Source of the DNA: a virus
Taxonomy: Duplodnaviria; Caudoviricetes
DNA length: 64,000 nucleotides
IMG/VR virus record: IMGVR_UViG_2816332589_000001
Location: 72,929-136,928 of that record
Strand: one strand, 5' to 3'
The translations under genes and the position numbers were made by a program. The notes under the pieces are model-generated. The model had not been told where the DNA came from. It saw only the letters and a program-made list of their open reading frames with translations, and ran no database searches. Below, piece by piece: positions 9,475 to 18,459 of the stretch (positions are counted from its first letter, which is position 1; every line of letters starts with the position of its first letter).

Positions 9475-10692
9475 GTGAAAGACATACTCCACCCCATGTG
9501 CCTGGTGATCGCGGGCACGGGGTTCCTCTTCCTGCTCCGCGACCTCGGCAAGTCCCGTCGCGAACCTGCCCTGACCGCCCTCGCCTGCGTCTTCGGCCTG
9601 TCCGCGTTCAGCTACGCCGTCACCATCTCCTGGTCGTGGGTGCACATCGGCGGGTTCTTCGGCATCCCCAACCTGTCCGCCCCGCTCGCCCAGGGCAGCG
9701 TGCTGCTGATGTTCGCGTGCCAGGCCACCGTCCTGGCGTACTGGACGAGGCCGCCGGCCGAAGCCCGCCGCATCAGCCGCCGCCTGTTCACCATCGATGC
9801 CGTCGCCATCGCCAGCCTGATCACGCTGTTCACACTGCTCACCCCGGCCACGACCAGGCCCGTCGACTTCACGCTGTACTACGCCCACGACCCGGTCTTC
9901 CAGGCGTACACCCTGCTGTACTTCGGCACCTTCACCGTCGCCCAGATCTACCTGGCGTGGGTCTGCTGGAAGTACGCCCGCCGCGCCACCACCCCGTCCA
10001 TCACGGTCGGGCTGCGCATCATCGCGGTAGGCGCCGTCATCACCCTCGGCCAGAGCGGCCACCGCATCCTCGCGATGATCGGAGCCTCCGCCGGCTTCAG
10101 CGTCAAGGGCTTCGAACCGTACGCCTGGCTCTGCGGCGACCTCGGCGCCACCCTCACCCAGCTCGGCTACTTCCTGCCCATCCTCGTACGCCGCACCTCC
10201 ACCGTCCGCGACTGGACGACCGCGCATCTGCGCTACCGGCGCCTGCGCCACCTGTGGGCCGCCCTCGACCAGGCCGAGCCCGGCATCACCCTGCGCCGCC
10301 CGACCCGCCACCGCGACGACCTTCTGCACGGCCGCAGCGCCGCCTTCCCCCTCCTGCGACGCCGCACCGAGATCCGCCAGGGGCAGAAGCTGCTGCGTCG
10401 CTTTCTCGACCCCGCCGTACGGACCGCCTCCGAAGCCCGGCACACCACCGCGGGCCTGACCGGCGCCGACCTCGCGGCGGCCGTCACCGCCGACCAGATC
10501 CACGCCGCGCTCCTGCGCCACCACGCGAACGACCCCGTCGAGGCCCCGGCCGAGTACGCCGACGCACAGCTCGATCTCGCTACCACCGAAGACGAGCTGC
10601 TTCACCTGATCGCCGTCGCCGCGCACTTCACCCCGCCCCGGCTGAGCGACGCCTCCGACACTCCCAGCACCACATCAGGAGCCCGTACGTGA
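9475..10692 (+). CDS. MAB_1171c-like multi-TM membrane protein
   Basis: About 7 TM helices then a cytoplasmic LRRRTEIRQG region; typical partner of the XRE plus HEXXH pair. Confidence 0.8.
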   Translation: MKDILHPMCLVIAGTGFLFLLRDLGKSRREPALTALACVFGLSAFSYAVTISWSWVHIGGFFGIPNLSAPLAQGSVLLMFACQATVLAYWTRPPAEARRISRRLFTIDAVAIASLITLFTLLTPATTRPVDFTLYYAHDPVFQAYTLLYFGTFTVAQIYLAWVCWKYARRATTPSITVGLRIIAVGAVITLGQSGHRILAMIGASAGFSVKGFEPYAWLCGDLGATLTQLGYFLPILVRRTSTVRDWTTAHLRYRRLRHLWAALDQAEPGITLRRPTRHRDDLLHGRSAAFPLLRRRTEIRQGQKLLRRFLDPAVRTASEARHTTAGLTGADLAAAVTADQIHAALLRHHANDPVEAPAEYADAQLDLATTEDELLHLIAVAAHFTPPRLSDASDTPSTTSGART

Positions 10693-12260
10693 TCGCCCGT
10701 CGCACCCTGCTCACCGCCACCACAGGAATCGCCGCCATCGCCATGACCCCTCCCGCTTCCGCCACCACCCGCACCAGCAGCACCCGCGCCGCTCGCGCCA
10801 CGCTCCACCTGGCGCCCGCGCGCACCCAACTCGCCGCCCTGCGCAACCGCGACGCCAGCAGCCGCGACCTCCTGGAGCAGTACCTCCAGCACATCGCCAA
10901 GGCCAACCCCGCCGTCAACGCCGTCGTCACCCTCGACGCTGACGCCGCCCGCGCCGCCGCCGACCAAGCCGACCGGCACCTGCGCACTACCGGCAAGCCC
11001 CTCGGCCCCCTGCACGGCCTCCCGATGACCGTCAAGGACGCGCTGGAGACGAAGGGGATGCGCACCACCAGCGGCTCCCCCGACCTCTCCGACCACGTCC
11101 CCGACCAGGACGCCGACGCCGTCGCGCTCCTGCGGGCCGCCGGCGCCGTCATCATCGGCAAGACGAACGTGCCCGTGATGTGCCAGGACATCCAGACGTC
11201 CAACCCGATCTTCGGCACGACCAAGAACCCCTTCGACGCGTCGAAGACCACGGGCGGCTCCTCCGGCGGCCCGGCCGCCGCCGTCGCCTCCGGCTTCACC
11301 AGCCTCGAAGTCGGCTCCGACCTCGCCGGCTCCCTGCGCCTCCCGGCCGCCTACTGCGGCGTCTACGCCCTGCGCACCTCCCGCGGCGCCAGCCCGATCG
11401 TGCCCACCCGCGGCCACATACCCCGCCTGCCCGGCTGGGCCACCAGCAGCGACATGGTCACCCTCGGCCCGATGGCCCGTACCGCCGACGACCTCGACCT
11501 CCTCCTGGACGTGCTCGCCGCCCCCGCCCCCGCCGACCGTGCCGGATGGAAGATCGACCTCCCGGCCCCCACCAAAACCAGCCTCGACCAGTACCACGTC
11601 GGCATCTGGGCCGACGATGCGTACTGCCGCGTCGACGCCGACACCCGCGACCTGCTCGACCATGTCACCTGGGCGCTGCGCAACGCCGGCGCGAGCATCG
11701 ACGCCACCACCCGGCCCATCGACTTCGACGAGTCCAACACCCTCTTCCAGCGCCTGCTGTACGCCACGTCGTCCGCCACCGCCGCTGACAAGGACTTCGC
11801 CGCCGACATCGCGGCCGCGGACAAGATCCCCGCCGACGACCCCAACGGCATCTACCTTCACTCGCGCACGATGCGTCACCGGGACTGGTGCGTCGCCGAC
11901 GAGAAGCGCCAGAAGCTCCGCGGGAAGTGGGCCGACTACTTCGCCGAGCACGACGTGCTGATCACCCCGGCCGCCCCAACCGCGGCCATCCCTGACCAGA
12001 CCAGCACTCCGCTCCCGCAGCGCTCCATCACGGTCGATGGCACCAAGCGCCCCTACTACGACCAGACCAGCTGGATCAACCTGGCCAGCGTGGCGGGCCT
12101 GCCCTCGGTGGTCGTCCCGGCCGGCAAGACCGCCGACGGACTGCCGCTGGCCTTCCAGATCATCGGCCCCTACCTCGCCGACCGCACGGTCATCGACGTG
12201 GCCAAGCATCTCGCGCGACGCCTGCCCAAGCCAGTCCAGCCGCCCGCCTTTACGGCGTAA
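10689..12260 (+). CDS. Amidase-signature family amidase with putative Tat signal
   Basis: ARRTLL signal; GPLHGLPMTVKD, GKTNVP, GGSSGG and GSDLAGSLRLPA motifs. Confidence 0.93.
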   Translation: MIARRTLLTATTGIAAIAMTPPASATTRTSSTRAARATLHLAPARTQLAALRNRDASSRDLLEQYLQHIAKANPAVNAVVTLDADAARAAADQADRHLRTTGKPLGPLHGLPMTVKDALETKGMRTTSGSPDLSDHVPDQDADAVALLRAAGAVIIGKTNVPVMCQDIQTSNPIFGTTKNPFDASKTTGGSSGGPAAAVASGFTSLEVGSDLAGSLRLPAAYCGVYALRTSRGASPIVPTRGHIPRLPGWATSSDMVTLGPMARTADDLDLLLDVLAAPAPADRAGWKIDLPAPTKTSLDQYHVGIWADDAYCRVDADTRDLLDHVTWALRNAGASIDATTRPIDFDESNTLFQRLLYATSSATAADKDFAADIAAADKIPADDPNGIYLHSRTMRHRDWCVADEKRQKLRGKWADYFAEHDVLITPAAPTAAIPDQTSTPLPQRSITVDGTKRPYYDQTSWINLASVAGLPSVVVPAGKTADGLPLAFQIIGPYLADRTVIDVAKHLARRLPKPVQPPAFTA

Positions 12261-12429
12261 CCCGACTCGGTCGCGCCCGGCCCCCGCGGGGGTGGGGCCA
12301 GGCGCGCCCGTACAACACGAAGACGGGTCCGCGTTGTCGTCGGTGCTTGCTATGGTGGATCGTCTCAACCATGGGATGCACATGCAGGGCTGATCCGCGG
12401 ACGCTGAGGAAGCTCCTAGGAAGCGTCGA

Positions 12430-12567
12430 ATGGTCCCCGTGCACGCGGGGGTGTTTCGCTGAATGATCGCGGAGAGCAACGGAGCGACGAGTCCTGTCCC
12501 CGCAGGCGTGGGGGTGGCCCCTGGGGCTCGTGCTACGCCAAGCGGATAACGCAGTGGTCCCTGCACC
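12430..12567 (+). CRISPR. Orphan degenerate type I-E-like mini-array (2 full repeats, 1 truncated repeat, 2 spacers)
   Basis: ATGGTCCCCGTGCACGCGGGGGTGTTTCG (12430-12458), CCTGTCCCCGCAGGCGTGGGGGTGGCCCC (12493-12521), GTGGTCCCTGCACC (12554-12567). Spacers are 34 and 32 nt. No cas genes in the window. Confidence 0.7.
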
Positions 12568-12569
12568 AC

Positions 12570-12598
12570 GATGGCCCCGGGCGAAGTCCGGGGCCATC
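12570..12598. terminator. Hairpin between convergent units
   Basis: GATGGCCCCGGGC-GAA-GTCCGGGGCCATC. Confidence 0.6.
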
Positions 12599-12617
12599 AA
12601 GCCGTCTACAGCAAGCG

Positions 12618-13064
12618 TCAGGTGCCGAGAGCGTCGAGCGCTACCCGTTTGCTTGGCCACGGTCCACGCTCGCCGTCCGTGGCCGGATCGGTCGGCAGGG
12701 CCCACCACTGGCGCGGGGCGCGGCGTACGACCCGAAAGCGCCGGCCGGACCACCAGCGGTCACGGGGCAGGCCCATCCAGGCGTCCCGGGCCCTGACCCA
12801 TTCCTCGGTGCCGACCGCCTGTGCGATCTGCTCCAGCAGGTCCCGCCGCCGGAGGTGCGCGAAGATCAGCCCGCCGCCGGTCCCGTCCTTCAAGTGCTGC
12901 GCCCAGGTCGCGAAGGCGTTGCCGTGCAGGTGGTCCATGTACGGCTCCGCCGACCACAGTCCGCTCCGCGACCGGTGAGCGTGACGCACGACGAGCACCA
13001 CGCCGTCGATGTCGGCGTACCGCGTCTCCCGGTGCCGCGTGCTGCGCGGGGCCTGCCCGGTCAT
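12618..13064 (-). CDS. Hypothetical protein, last gene of the leftward array
   Basis: MTGQAPRSTRHRETRYADIDG...; coding-like codon usage. Confidence 0.6.
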   Translation of the reverse strand: MTGQAPRSTRHRETRYADIDGVVLVVRHAHRSRSGLWSAEPYMDHLHGNAFATWAQHLKDGTGGGLIFAHLRRRDLLEQIAQAVGTEEWVRARDAWMGLPRDRWWSGRRFRVVRRAPRQWWALPTDPATDGERGPWPSKRVALDALGT

Positions 13065-13078
13065 CGGGTCGGTGTAGC

Positions 13079-13501
13079 TCAGGCAGATGTCTGCGGGCCG
13101 CACGGCGCATCCTCTCCGTCGCGCTGGGGTTCTTCCGCACCTTCGGTGGTCTCGGGAGCGGAATCGTTCCTGCTGTCGGCGAGGAGCTGCTTCACGAGCC
13201 GGATCGGCACGCCAGTGGCCAGGGCGATATCGCCCAGCGTTGCCCGCCGCAGGGCCAGGGCCCTTACCGCCTCGGCCAGGGCCGCTGTACGGGCGTCCTC
13301 CGCGGCCCGCAGCTGCTCCAGCTCCGGCGTCGTCGGGACGATCGTGACTTCGGCGGTCACGTCGAGGAGTGCAAGCCCCTCCTCGACGTTCTTGCGCAGC
13401 GCCTTCAGCGTCCGCCCGTGCCCGTAGACCCCGTACTCGGGGACGCGCGTCGTCCAGCCCCGGCCGCGCCGGTCGGCCCGGCACTCGATGGTCTCGCTCA
13501 C
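13079..13501 (-). CDS. HicB-like antitoxin with C-terminal HTH
   Basis: RRGRGWTTRVPEYGVYGHGRTLKALRKNVEEGLAL matches the HicB N-terminal pattern; TLGDIALATGVP HTH; GTGA coupling to the recombinase gene. Confidence 0.7.
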   Translation of the reverse strand: MSETIECRADRRGRGWTTRVPEYGVYGHGRTLKALRKNVEEGLALLDVTAEVTIVPTTPELEQLRAAEDARTAALAEAVRALALRRATLGDIALATGVPIRLVKQLLADSRNDSAPETTEGAEEPQRDGEDAPCGPQTSA

Positions 13502-14712
13502 GCTCCGCTCTCCATGTCCTCGATGACCTGCTGCACGACCAGGTCCGGGATGGGGGTGGGCAGGACGATCTGCCGGCCACCGATCCGGTACAGCGTGTGC
13601 CCCCCGCTGCTGCGCACGGACGTGACGGTGAGTCCGTGCCGGCGGGCCGCGGCGCGGATACGCAGCAGCGGCCCGCCTTCCTCCGCCCCCGCGCGCAGGC
13701 TCGCGGTGACCTCTTGGGCCGCCTTCCACTCCTCCACGGTGACCACCGCCTCGTGCACGGGCCGCGGCGACCACACCCATTGCGAGACCGGGTTGTACTT
13801 GGAGAAACCGGGGCGGCCGGTGCGGGTCGCCCGACGGTTGTACACCTGGTAGCCGGTGAGTTTCGGGTTGGCGATCAGGCTTTCCACGCGGTTCCATGTC
13901 CACCGGTCCTCGATCGGGTACCGGTCGGGCTCCGCCTCCAGGATCGCGGCGATGTCTGAGCCCGTCAGGTGCTCCTCGCGCCGCAGCCGACACAGGGTCC
14001 GGGCCGCGTCGAACCGGCGCTCGTCGGGATGCCGGGCCAGCTTCTTCTTCGGCCGGACCACGCCGAACCGGCCGTCCCGTACGGGGGCGTTCTCATCGAC
14101 CACCGCGATGTACGGGTAGGGCGGGTAGCCGTGGTTCCAGCCGTTGATGGCGTGCTGGATCTGGCCGCCCATCGACATCTCCATCAGCGTGGCCCGGTAG
14201 ACCTCGGCATCGACCTGGCCGTACCGGCGAACGCGCAGCCGGCCGGACTCGGTGCCGCCCGTCGGCTCGTTGGCGTAGACGACCTCCACGCCGATCTTGC
14301 TCAGCTCGTGTTCCACGGTGAGGCTGGTCAGCATGTGGCGTGCCACCCGGTCGGAGCGCTCGGCCAGGACGTGGGTGACACCGAGCTGCTCGACCCGGTC
14401 CGCGAGGTCCTGGAAGCCGCCGTCGCGCGGGGTCGGCACGGCGAGCGCGTCGTACATCTCCTGCGGCGCGAGGCCCCGCAGCTCCGGGGGCAGCATCCCG
14501 GACTCGACATCCCAGAAGTACGCGACGAACTCCTCGCCGGGCTCCAGACGCGCGGAAGCGAGGGAGACCTGCCTCGGGATGGAGGTGGCCGGGTTCTGGT
14601 TGTCCTTGGTGCTGACCCTGCCGAGGAACGCCGAGCGGCGGGGGCGGGAGTCGGCCGGCTCGAAGGCGGGCATGTCGGTGAGGTCGATGGGCGGCCCGAA
14701 TGGATTGGTCAC
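13498..14712 (-). CDS. Serine recombinase (resolvase plus recombinase domain) with HicA-like C-terminal domain
   Basis: FLGRVSTKDNQ catalytic Ser, DVESG, ERSDRVAR, PPYPY, NPKLTG and HEAVVT motifs. The tail RSSGGHTLYRIGGRQIVLP is HicA-like. Confidence 0.85.
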   Translation of the reverse strand: MTNPFGPPIDLTDMPAFEPADSRPRRSAFLGRVSTKDNQNPATSIPRQVSLASARLEPGEEFVAYFWDVESGMLPPELRGLAPQEMYDALAVPTPRDGGFQDLADRVEQLGVTHVLAERSDRVARHMLTSLTVEHELSKIGVEVVYANEPTGGTESGRLRVRRYGQVDAEVYRATLMEMSMGGQIQHAINGWNHGYPPYPYIAVVDENAPVRDGRFGVVRPKKKLARHPDERRFDAARTLCRLRREEHLTGSDIAAILEAEPDRYPIEDRWTWNRVESLIANPKLTGYQVYNRRATRTGRPGFSKYNPVSQWVWSPRPVHEAVVTVEEWKAAQEVTASLRAGAEEGGPLLRIRAAARRHGLTVTSVRSSGGHTLYRIGGRQIVLPTPIPDLVVQQVIEDMESGA

Positions 14713-14806
14713 GGCATTCCTATGGAATGAAGGCCCGGTTGGGCGGTGAACGGTAGGAAGGTGGTGTGGCCTCGGAGCCCGGGGCCTGGTCGCCCCGGGG
14801 CCGGTG

Positions 14807-15754
14807 TCAGCGCTGGAGGGCGGCGGCCTGCTTCCACCACATCTCGCGCAGCGCGGCGTAATCGCGGGCCTGCGCGCACAGCCCGCGGTGCTCGCCCATG
14901 CCTCCCGACAGAGGCGTGTGCAGGTGCGGGATGACCGGGCGCAGCAGCTCGGCGTAGTCCTGGCCACCGAGAAAGATCACGTCGGCGTCGTACGTACCGA
15001 GGTCGAAGACCTGCTCAGCGAGCCGCTCGGGCGTGATGGCCTGCGGGTCGCCGATCGTCACGTCGTACGGGAGCAGCGGGCGCTCCAGGTCCACCAGGCC
15101 GTGCCGCGCGGACAGAATCCGGATGAGCGAGGCGTCGGTCAGGGCGTCGGCAGCCAGCCGCAGGGACCGGTGATACTGCCCGGTGTACAGCTCCCCCGCC
15201 GGGTAGCCCGGGTTGGCGTTCCCGTACTCGTTGTACCCGGGGTGCGGTGCCTTTTCCTGGCCGCACGCGATGATCACGATGCGGCGGCGGTGCACGTCGA
15301 TGCCGCCGCGCTGCCGGGCGTACGTCCGGCCGGCCGGGGTGAGATACAGGGAATAGCCGTGCTGGCCGAAAGACGTGGCGTAACCAGCGGCCTGGACGGC
15401 GCGGAGGGTGGGGGCGCGGAACCACCTTGCTCCTTCCCAGTACGCGCGGTCGTCCCGGCCGGGTACGAGCTGATCGGGACGACCGGCGGCCGTCACGATC
15501 GCCTCGTGCTGCACCGCGGGCAGCTTGGGCAGGAACGACTCGACCGCCGGTGCTGGAGCGGGGCCGTGCTGCTGCCGCCAGTGGTCCAGGGCCGCCCGTC
15601 CGGCCTCGGTCATGCGGTGGGTGCCGCCGTCGCCGGCGTGCCGGACGACCAGGCCGTCGGCCTCCAGCCGGGCGATGGCCGCGGCGTGGCCGGACACCAC
15701 ACCGTCGTCGTGGGCGTCGAGGATCTTTGCGCCCGTGGGGCTGAGCAGGCTCAT
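14807..15754 (-). CDS. Protein with N-terminal wHTH-like repeats and C-terminal DUF6884-like domain
   Basis: IVIIACGQEK...PAGELYTG...ILSARHGLV...PYDVTI...FLGGQDY. Confidence 0.7.
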   Translation of the reverse strand: MSLLSPTGAKILDAHDDGVVSGHAAAIARLEADGLVVRHAGDGGTHRMTEAGRAALDHWRQQHGPAPAPAVESFLPKLPAVQHEAIVTAAGRPDQLVPGRDDRAYWEGARWFRAPTLRAVQAAGYATSFGQHGYSLYLTPAGRTYARQRGGIDVHRRRIVIIACGQEKAPHPGYNEYGNANPGYPAGELYTGQYHRSLRLAADALTDASLIRILSARHGLVDLERPLLPYDVTIGDPQAITPERLAEQVFDLGTYDADVIFLGGQDYAELLRPVIPHLHTPLSGGMGEHRGLCAQARDYAALREMWWKQAAALQR

Positions 15755-15809
15755 GGAAGGTTCCTTTCGGCCCGGCCGGACGGTTCCGGCCGGGCGGTGA
15801 GCGGGTTGG

Positions 15810-16250
15810 TCAAGCGGTGCGGGAGTCGGGGTGCCGGTCCTCCCACGTCCAGGTGCGGCGGGCGGGGCCGCGGCCGGTGGCGTACCGGGCGGTCATGACG
15901 GCGTCCGTCTCGCACACCGAGGGCAGGCCGATGAGTTCGCGGGCGATGTGCTCGGCGAAGTCGTGGCGGACGCCGGCGCGCGGGTCGAGGCCGCGGACGG
16001 CCGCCCATGCGGCGCGGTCCACCTCCAGGCGCCAGCCGAGCGCCATGCGCACCCGCCCGTCACGCACGGAGAGCCGGGTCGGGCCGTAGCCGTACGCCCA
16101 CCCCTCGGCCTCGGCCAGGGCCTTGATATCGGTGATGGAGGCGGTGACGTAGCCGATCAGCTCCCGGGGGACCTCGGCCGCGTCGTACCCGTTGTCGTCG
16201 GCGAAGGAGTGCACGCCGACGTTCCACCACGTCTCAAGGCGGGTGATCAC
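15810..16250 (-). CDS. Hypothetical protein
   Basis: GTGA coupling to the upstream gene; array orientation. Confidence 0.6.
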   Translation of the reverse strand: MITRLETWWNVGVHSFADDNGYDAAEVPRELIGYVTASITDIKALAEAEGWAYGYGPTRLSVRDGRVRMALGWRLEVDRAAWAAVRGLDPRAGVRHDFAEHIARELIGLPSVCETDAVMTARYATGRGPARRTWTWEDRHPDSRTA

Positions 16251-16459
16251 GGTTCGCCGCCGAAGCACTCGCCGCAGGTCGCGCGCGGCTCCTCGGCGTG
16301 ATCCGGGCAGACCTCCGCGACCGTGTAGGGGGTGTTCCCGTCGTCGGCGTCGGTCAGGGCGTCGGCTACGGTCTGCGCTTCGCGGTGGCCAGCGTCGCCG
16401 TAGAACGGGCCATCGACCATCGCCGTGCCGTGTTCGAACACGCCGTACTCGGCGCTCAT
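16247..16459 (-). CDS. Small protein with CxxH...CxxC end
   Basis: ATGA coupling; CPDHAEEPRATCGEC. Confidence 0.6.
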   Translation of the reverse strand: MSAEYGVFEHGTAMVDGPFYGDAGHREAQTVADALTDADDGNTPYTVAEVCPDHAEEPRATCGECFGGEP

Positions 16460-17232
16460 GCCGGCCGCCGGTAGCGGTTGCACTCGCGGTCGTGCTGCTG
16501 GTTGTGACGCTCCTGGGCGTAGCAGTCGCAGTGACGGGAGACCGGGCTGGTCACCCAGTCGGCGGCGAGCGCCGCGCACGCGGCGGAGTCCTCGGCGCAG
16601 TCCACCAGGTCGTCGCCGCCGTCGCCGCCGTACACCGGGTCGCCGATCGGCTCCCCGTGCTCATCGTGGAGGAGCATCGACCAGCCGGTGTGACGGCCCC
16701 GGAGGTGCCGTACGGACCCGTTCTGGTCGGCGATCGACAGGTGACCGTACACGCCGCGGCCGAGGTGTACGGGGATCTCGTAGGTGTCGCTGTGGGGGCC
16801 GTAGATGATGGACAGTCCGGCGCCGGGGACGATGCCGTACTCGGCGAGTGCGGCCAGCATGTCGGACCCGGCGGTGCATCCGTCCAGCCACTCGGCGACC
16901 GCCTTCGCGCACAGCGTGGCTTCTTCGGCCGCGGTCTCCCGCCGGTCGTGCGCGGTGTCGTGGAGCCGCTTGACCTCCTGGAGCCCGTACGGGCCGCCCG
17001 GGGCCCATGCGTGCGCCTCGAAACCGGCCCACTCGAAGGGCCATTGGGCGTCGAACGCCTGCGAGGCGATCATGGCGTGCTGGGTGCTGGTGAGGCTGTC
17101 GGGGTCGGTGTCCGGCAGGTAGGCAAGTACGGCTTCGTCGCGCTGGTCGTAGTGGGCGGCCAGGCTGGTGTTGCGCAGTGCGGTCAGCATCGCCTCGGCG
17201 GCCGGCGGCGTGACCTTGTCGAGGGTGGTCAT
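16456..17232 (-). CDS. Hypothetical protein with a duplicated domain related to the neighbouring gene
   Basis: GAAAG RBS; ML(T/A)AL...A(E/A)(E/D)..CA..(V/A)A(E/D)W pattern occurs twice. Confidence 0.7.
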   Translation of the reverse strand: MTTLDKVTPPAAEAMLTALRNTSLAAHYDQRDEAVLAYLPDTDPDSLTSTQHAMIASQAFDAQWPFEWAGFEAHAWAPGGPYGLQEVKRLHDTAHDRRETAAEEATLCAKAVAEWLDGCTAGSDMLAALAEYGIVPGAGLSIIYGPHSDTYEIPVHLGRGVYGHLSIADQNGSVRHLRGRHTGWSMLLHDEHGEPIGDPVYGGDGGDDLVDCAEDSAACAALAADWVTSPVSRHCDCYAQERHNQQHDRECNRYRRPA

Positions 17233-17331
17233 GGAGAGTCTTTCGGTAGTCAGGAAGGAGATGGGCGGGAACCGGGGTTCCGCACACCCCCGCCCGTGCC
17301 GGAGCGCGGGCGGGCAGTGCGGCGCTCCGGG

Positions 17332-18330
17332 TCAGCCCTGTACGCGCGGGATCTCGAAGGCGTCGATGGCGCGGGCGACGTACGCGCAGTCCTCGGCGAG
17401 CGTGGAGCCGACGGGCGCGGGGTCGAGCACGTCGATGCACTCGCCGTCCCCGTCGTAGGCGGAAGCGCTCCACCGCTCGACGTGCTGAGAGGCGGGCCGG
17501 TCAACCTGCTCGTCGGAGATGATGCGGAAGTGCGGAACCTCGTACATGTCGGCCTCGGGCGTGCTGCGGTCGAGCGGTACGACGAGCCAGGTCTGTCCGC
17601 CTGCGCTGTCGCGGTAGGCAGGGAAGCCGTACGCGGCGAGAGCGGCGCGCAGAGCATCCCCGTCGGTGTGCGGGGGCGCGATGTCCGTGGGAGTCAGTTC
17701 CAGGCGCACGCCGGGCGCGGCGACGTACAGCCTGCCGTGGGGGTCGCGCAGCACGTAGCTCTGCTCCCGCTCGGACCACCGCATCAGCATCGCGCGGGCG
17801 CGGCTGCGGTTGACCGTGCCGTTGTGGAACTCCCGCCAGAAGAGGGCCGGGAAGCTGTGCGGGTCGGGGTGCAGCACGATCACCGTGTAGCCCGGGGCGG
17901 TCACTTCCTTGGGGCTGAAGTGCGGAAGTGGGGTCGCGAGCATCTGTATCGGCCCGTCCGTGCGCGGGTCCGGCCGGTCCAGCCACGCCCGTTCCAGCCG
18001 CGCGGACTCGTAGACGACCTCGGCGGCGGCGCTGAGCGCTGAGGCGTCCCGGTGCTCGCGAGCGAGCTGCACGCACTCCGCGGCGAGCTGGGCGCGCCTG
18101 GCGTCCGCTTCCGGGGACGGCGGGAACAGCCATCTGCTCGCGATGAGCTTTCCCGCCTCGGTACGGGCGCGGTCGATGGCCTCGTTCAGGCGCTGCACGG
18201 TGTTCTTGGCGGTGCGGCGCTCCTTGCAGGCGGCGGCGATGGCGTCGTTGAGGCGGGTGCGTTCCAGCGCGCGCAGGGCCTGAGAGCGGGCGTGAGTGGG
18301 CAGGTGGGCGAGGTACTGAGGTGTGGTCAC
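17332..18330 (-). CDS. Hypothetical protein (helical N-terminus, shared C-terminal domain)
   Basis: GGAG RBS; 332 aa; followed by a TGACC hairpin. Confidence 0.7.
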   Translation of the reverse strand: MTTPQYLAHLPTHARSQALRALERTRLNDAIAAACKERRTAKNTVQRLNEAIDRARTEAGKLIASRWLFPPSPEADARRAQLAAECVQLAREHRDASALSAAAEVVYESARLERAWLDRPDPRTDGPIQMLATPLPHFSPKEVTAPGYTVIVLHPDPHSFPALFWREFHNGTVNRSRARAMLMRWSEREQSYVLRDPHGRLYVAAPGVRLELTPTDIAPPHTDGDALRAALAAYGFPAYRDSAGGQTWLVVPLDRSTPEADMYEVPHFRIISDEQVDRPASQHVERWSASAYDGDGECIDVLDPAPVGSTLAEDCAYVARAIDAFEIPRVQG

Positions 18331-18459
18331 GGCAGGCTCCGGGAGGTGGAGGGGAAGCGGGCCGGCTGGCGCGGCCGGTCGTGGTGAAGGGAAGGTGCAG
18401 GAGTGGCGCGGGGCCGCGGGGTGGGGAGGCGGCGGGCGCCTCCCCGGGGCGGGCGCGTG

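Noticed and set aside
9498-10688. 920-aa ORF 9498-12260 as one giant amidase
   Set aside because: The N-terminal ~400 aa is an off-frame shadow of the membrane gene. The amidase starts at GTG 10689, coupled to the upstream stop, with a Tat-like signal.
12459-12553. Self-targeting by the mini-array spacers
   Set aside because: By eye I found only a 10-nt match (GAGAGCAACG near 25888), which is expected by chance.
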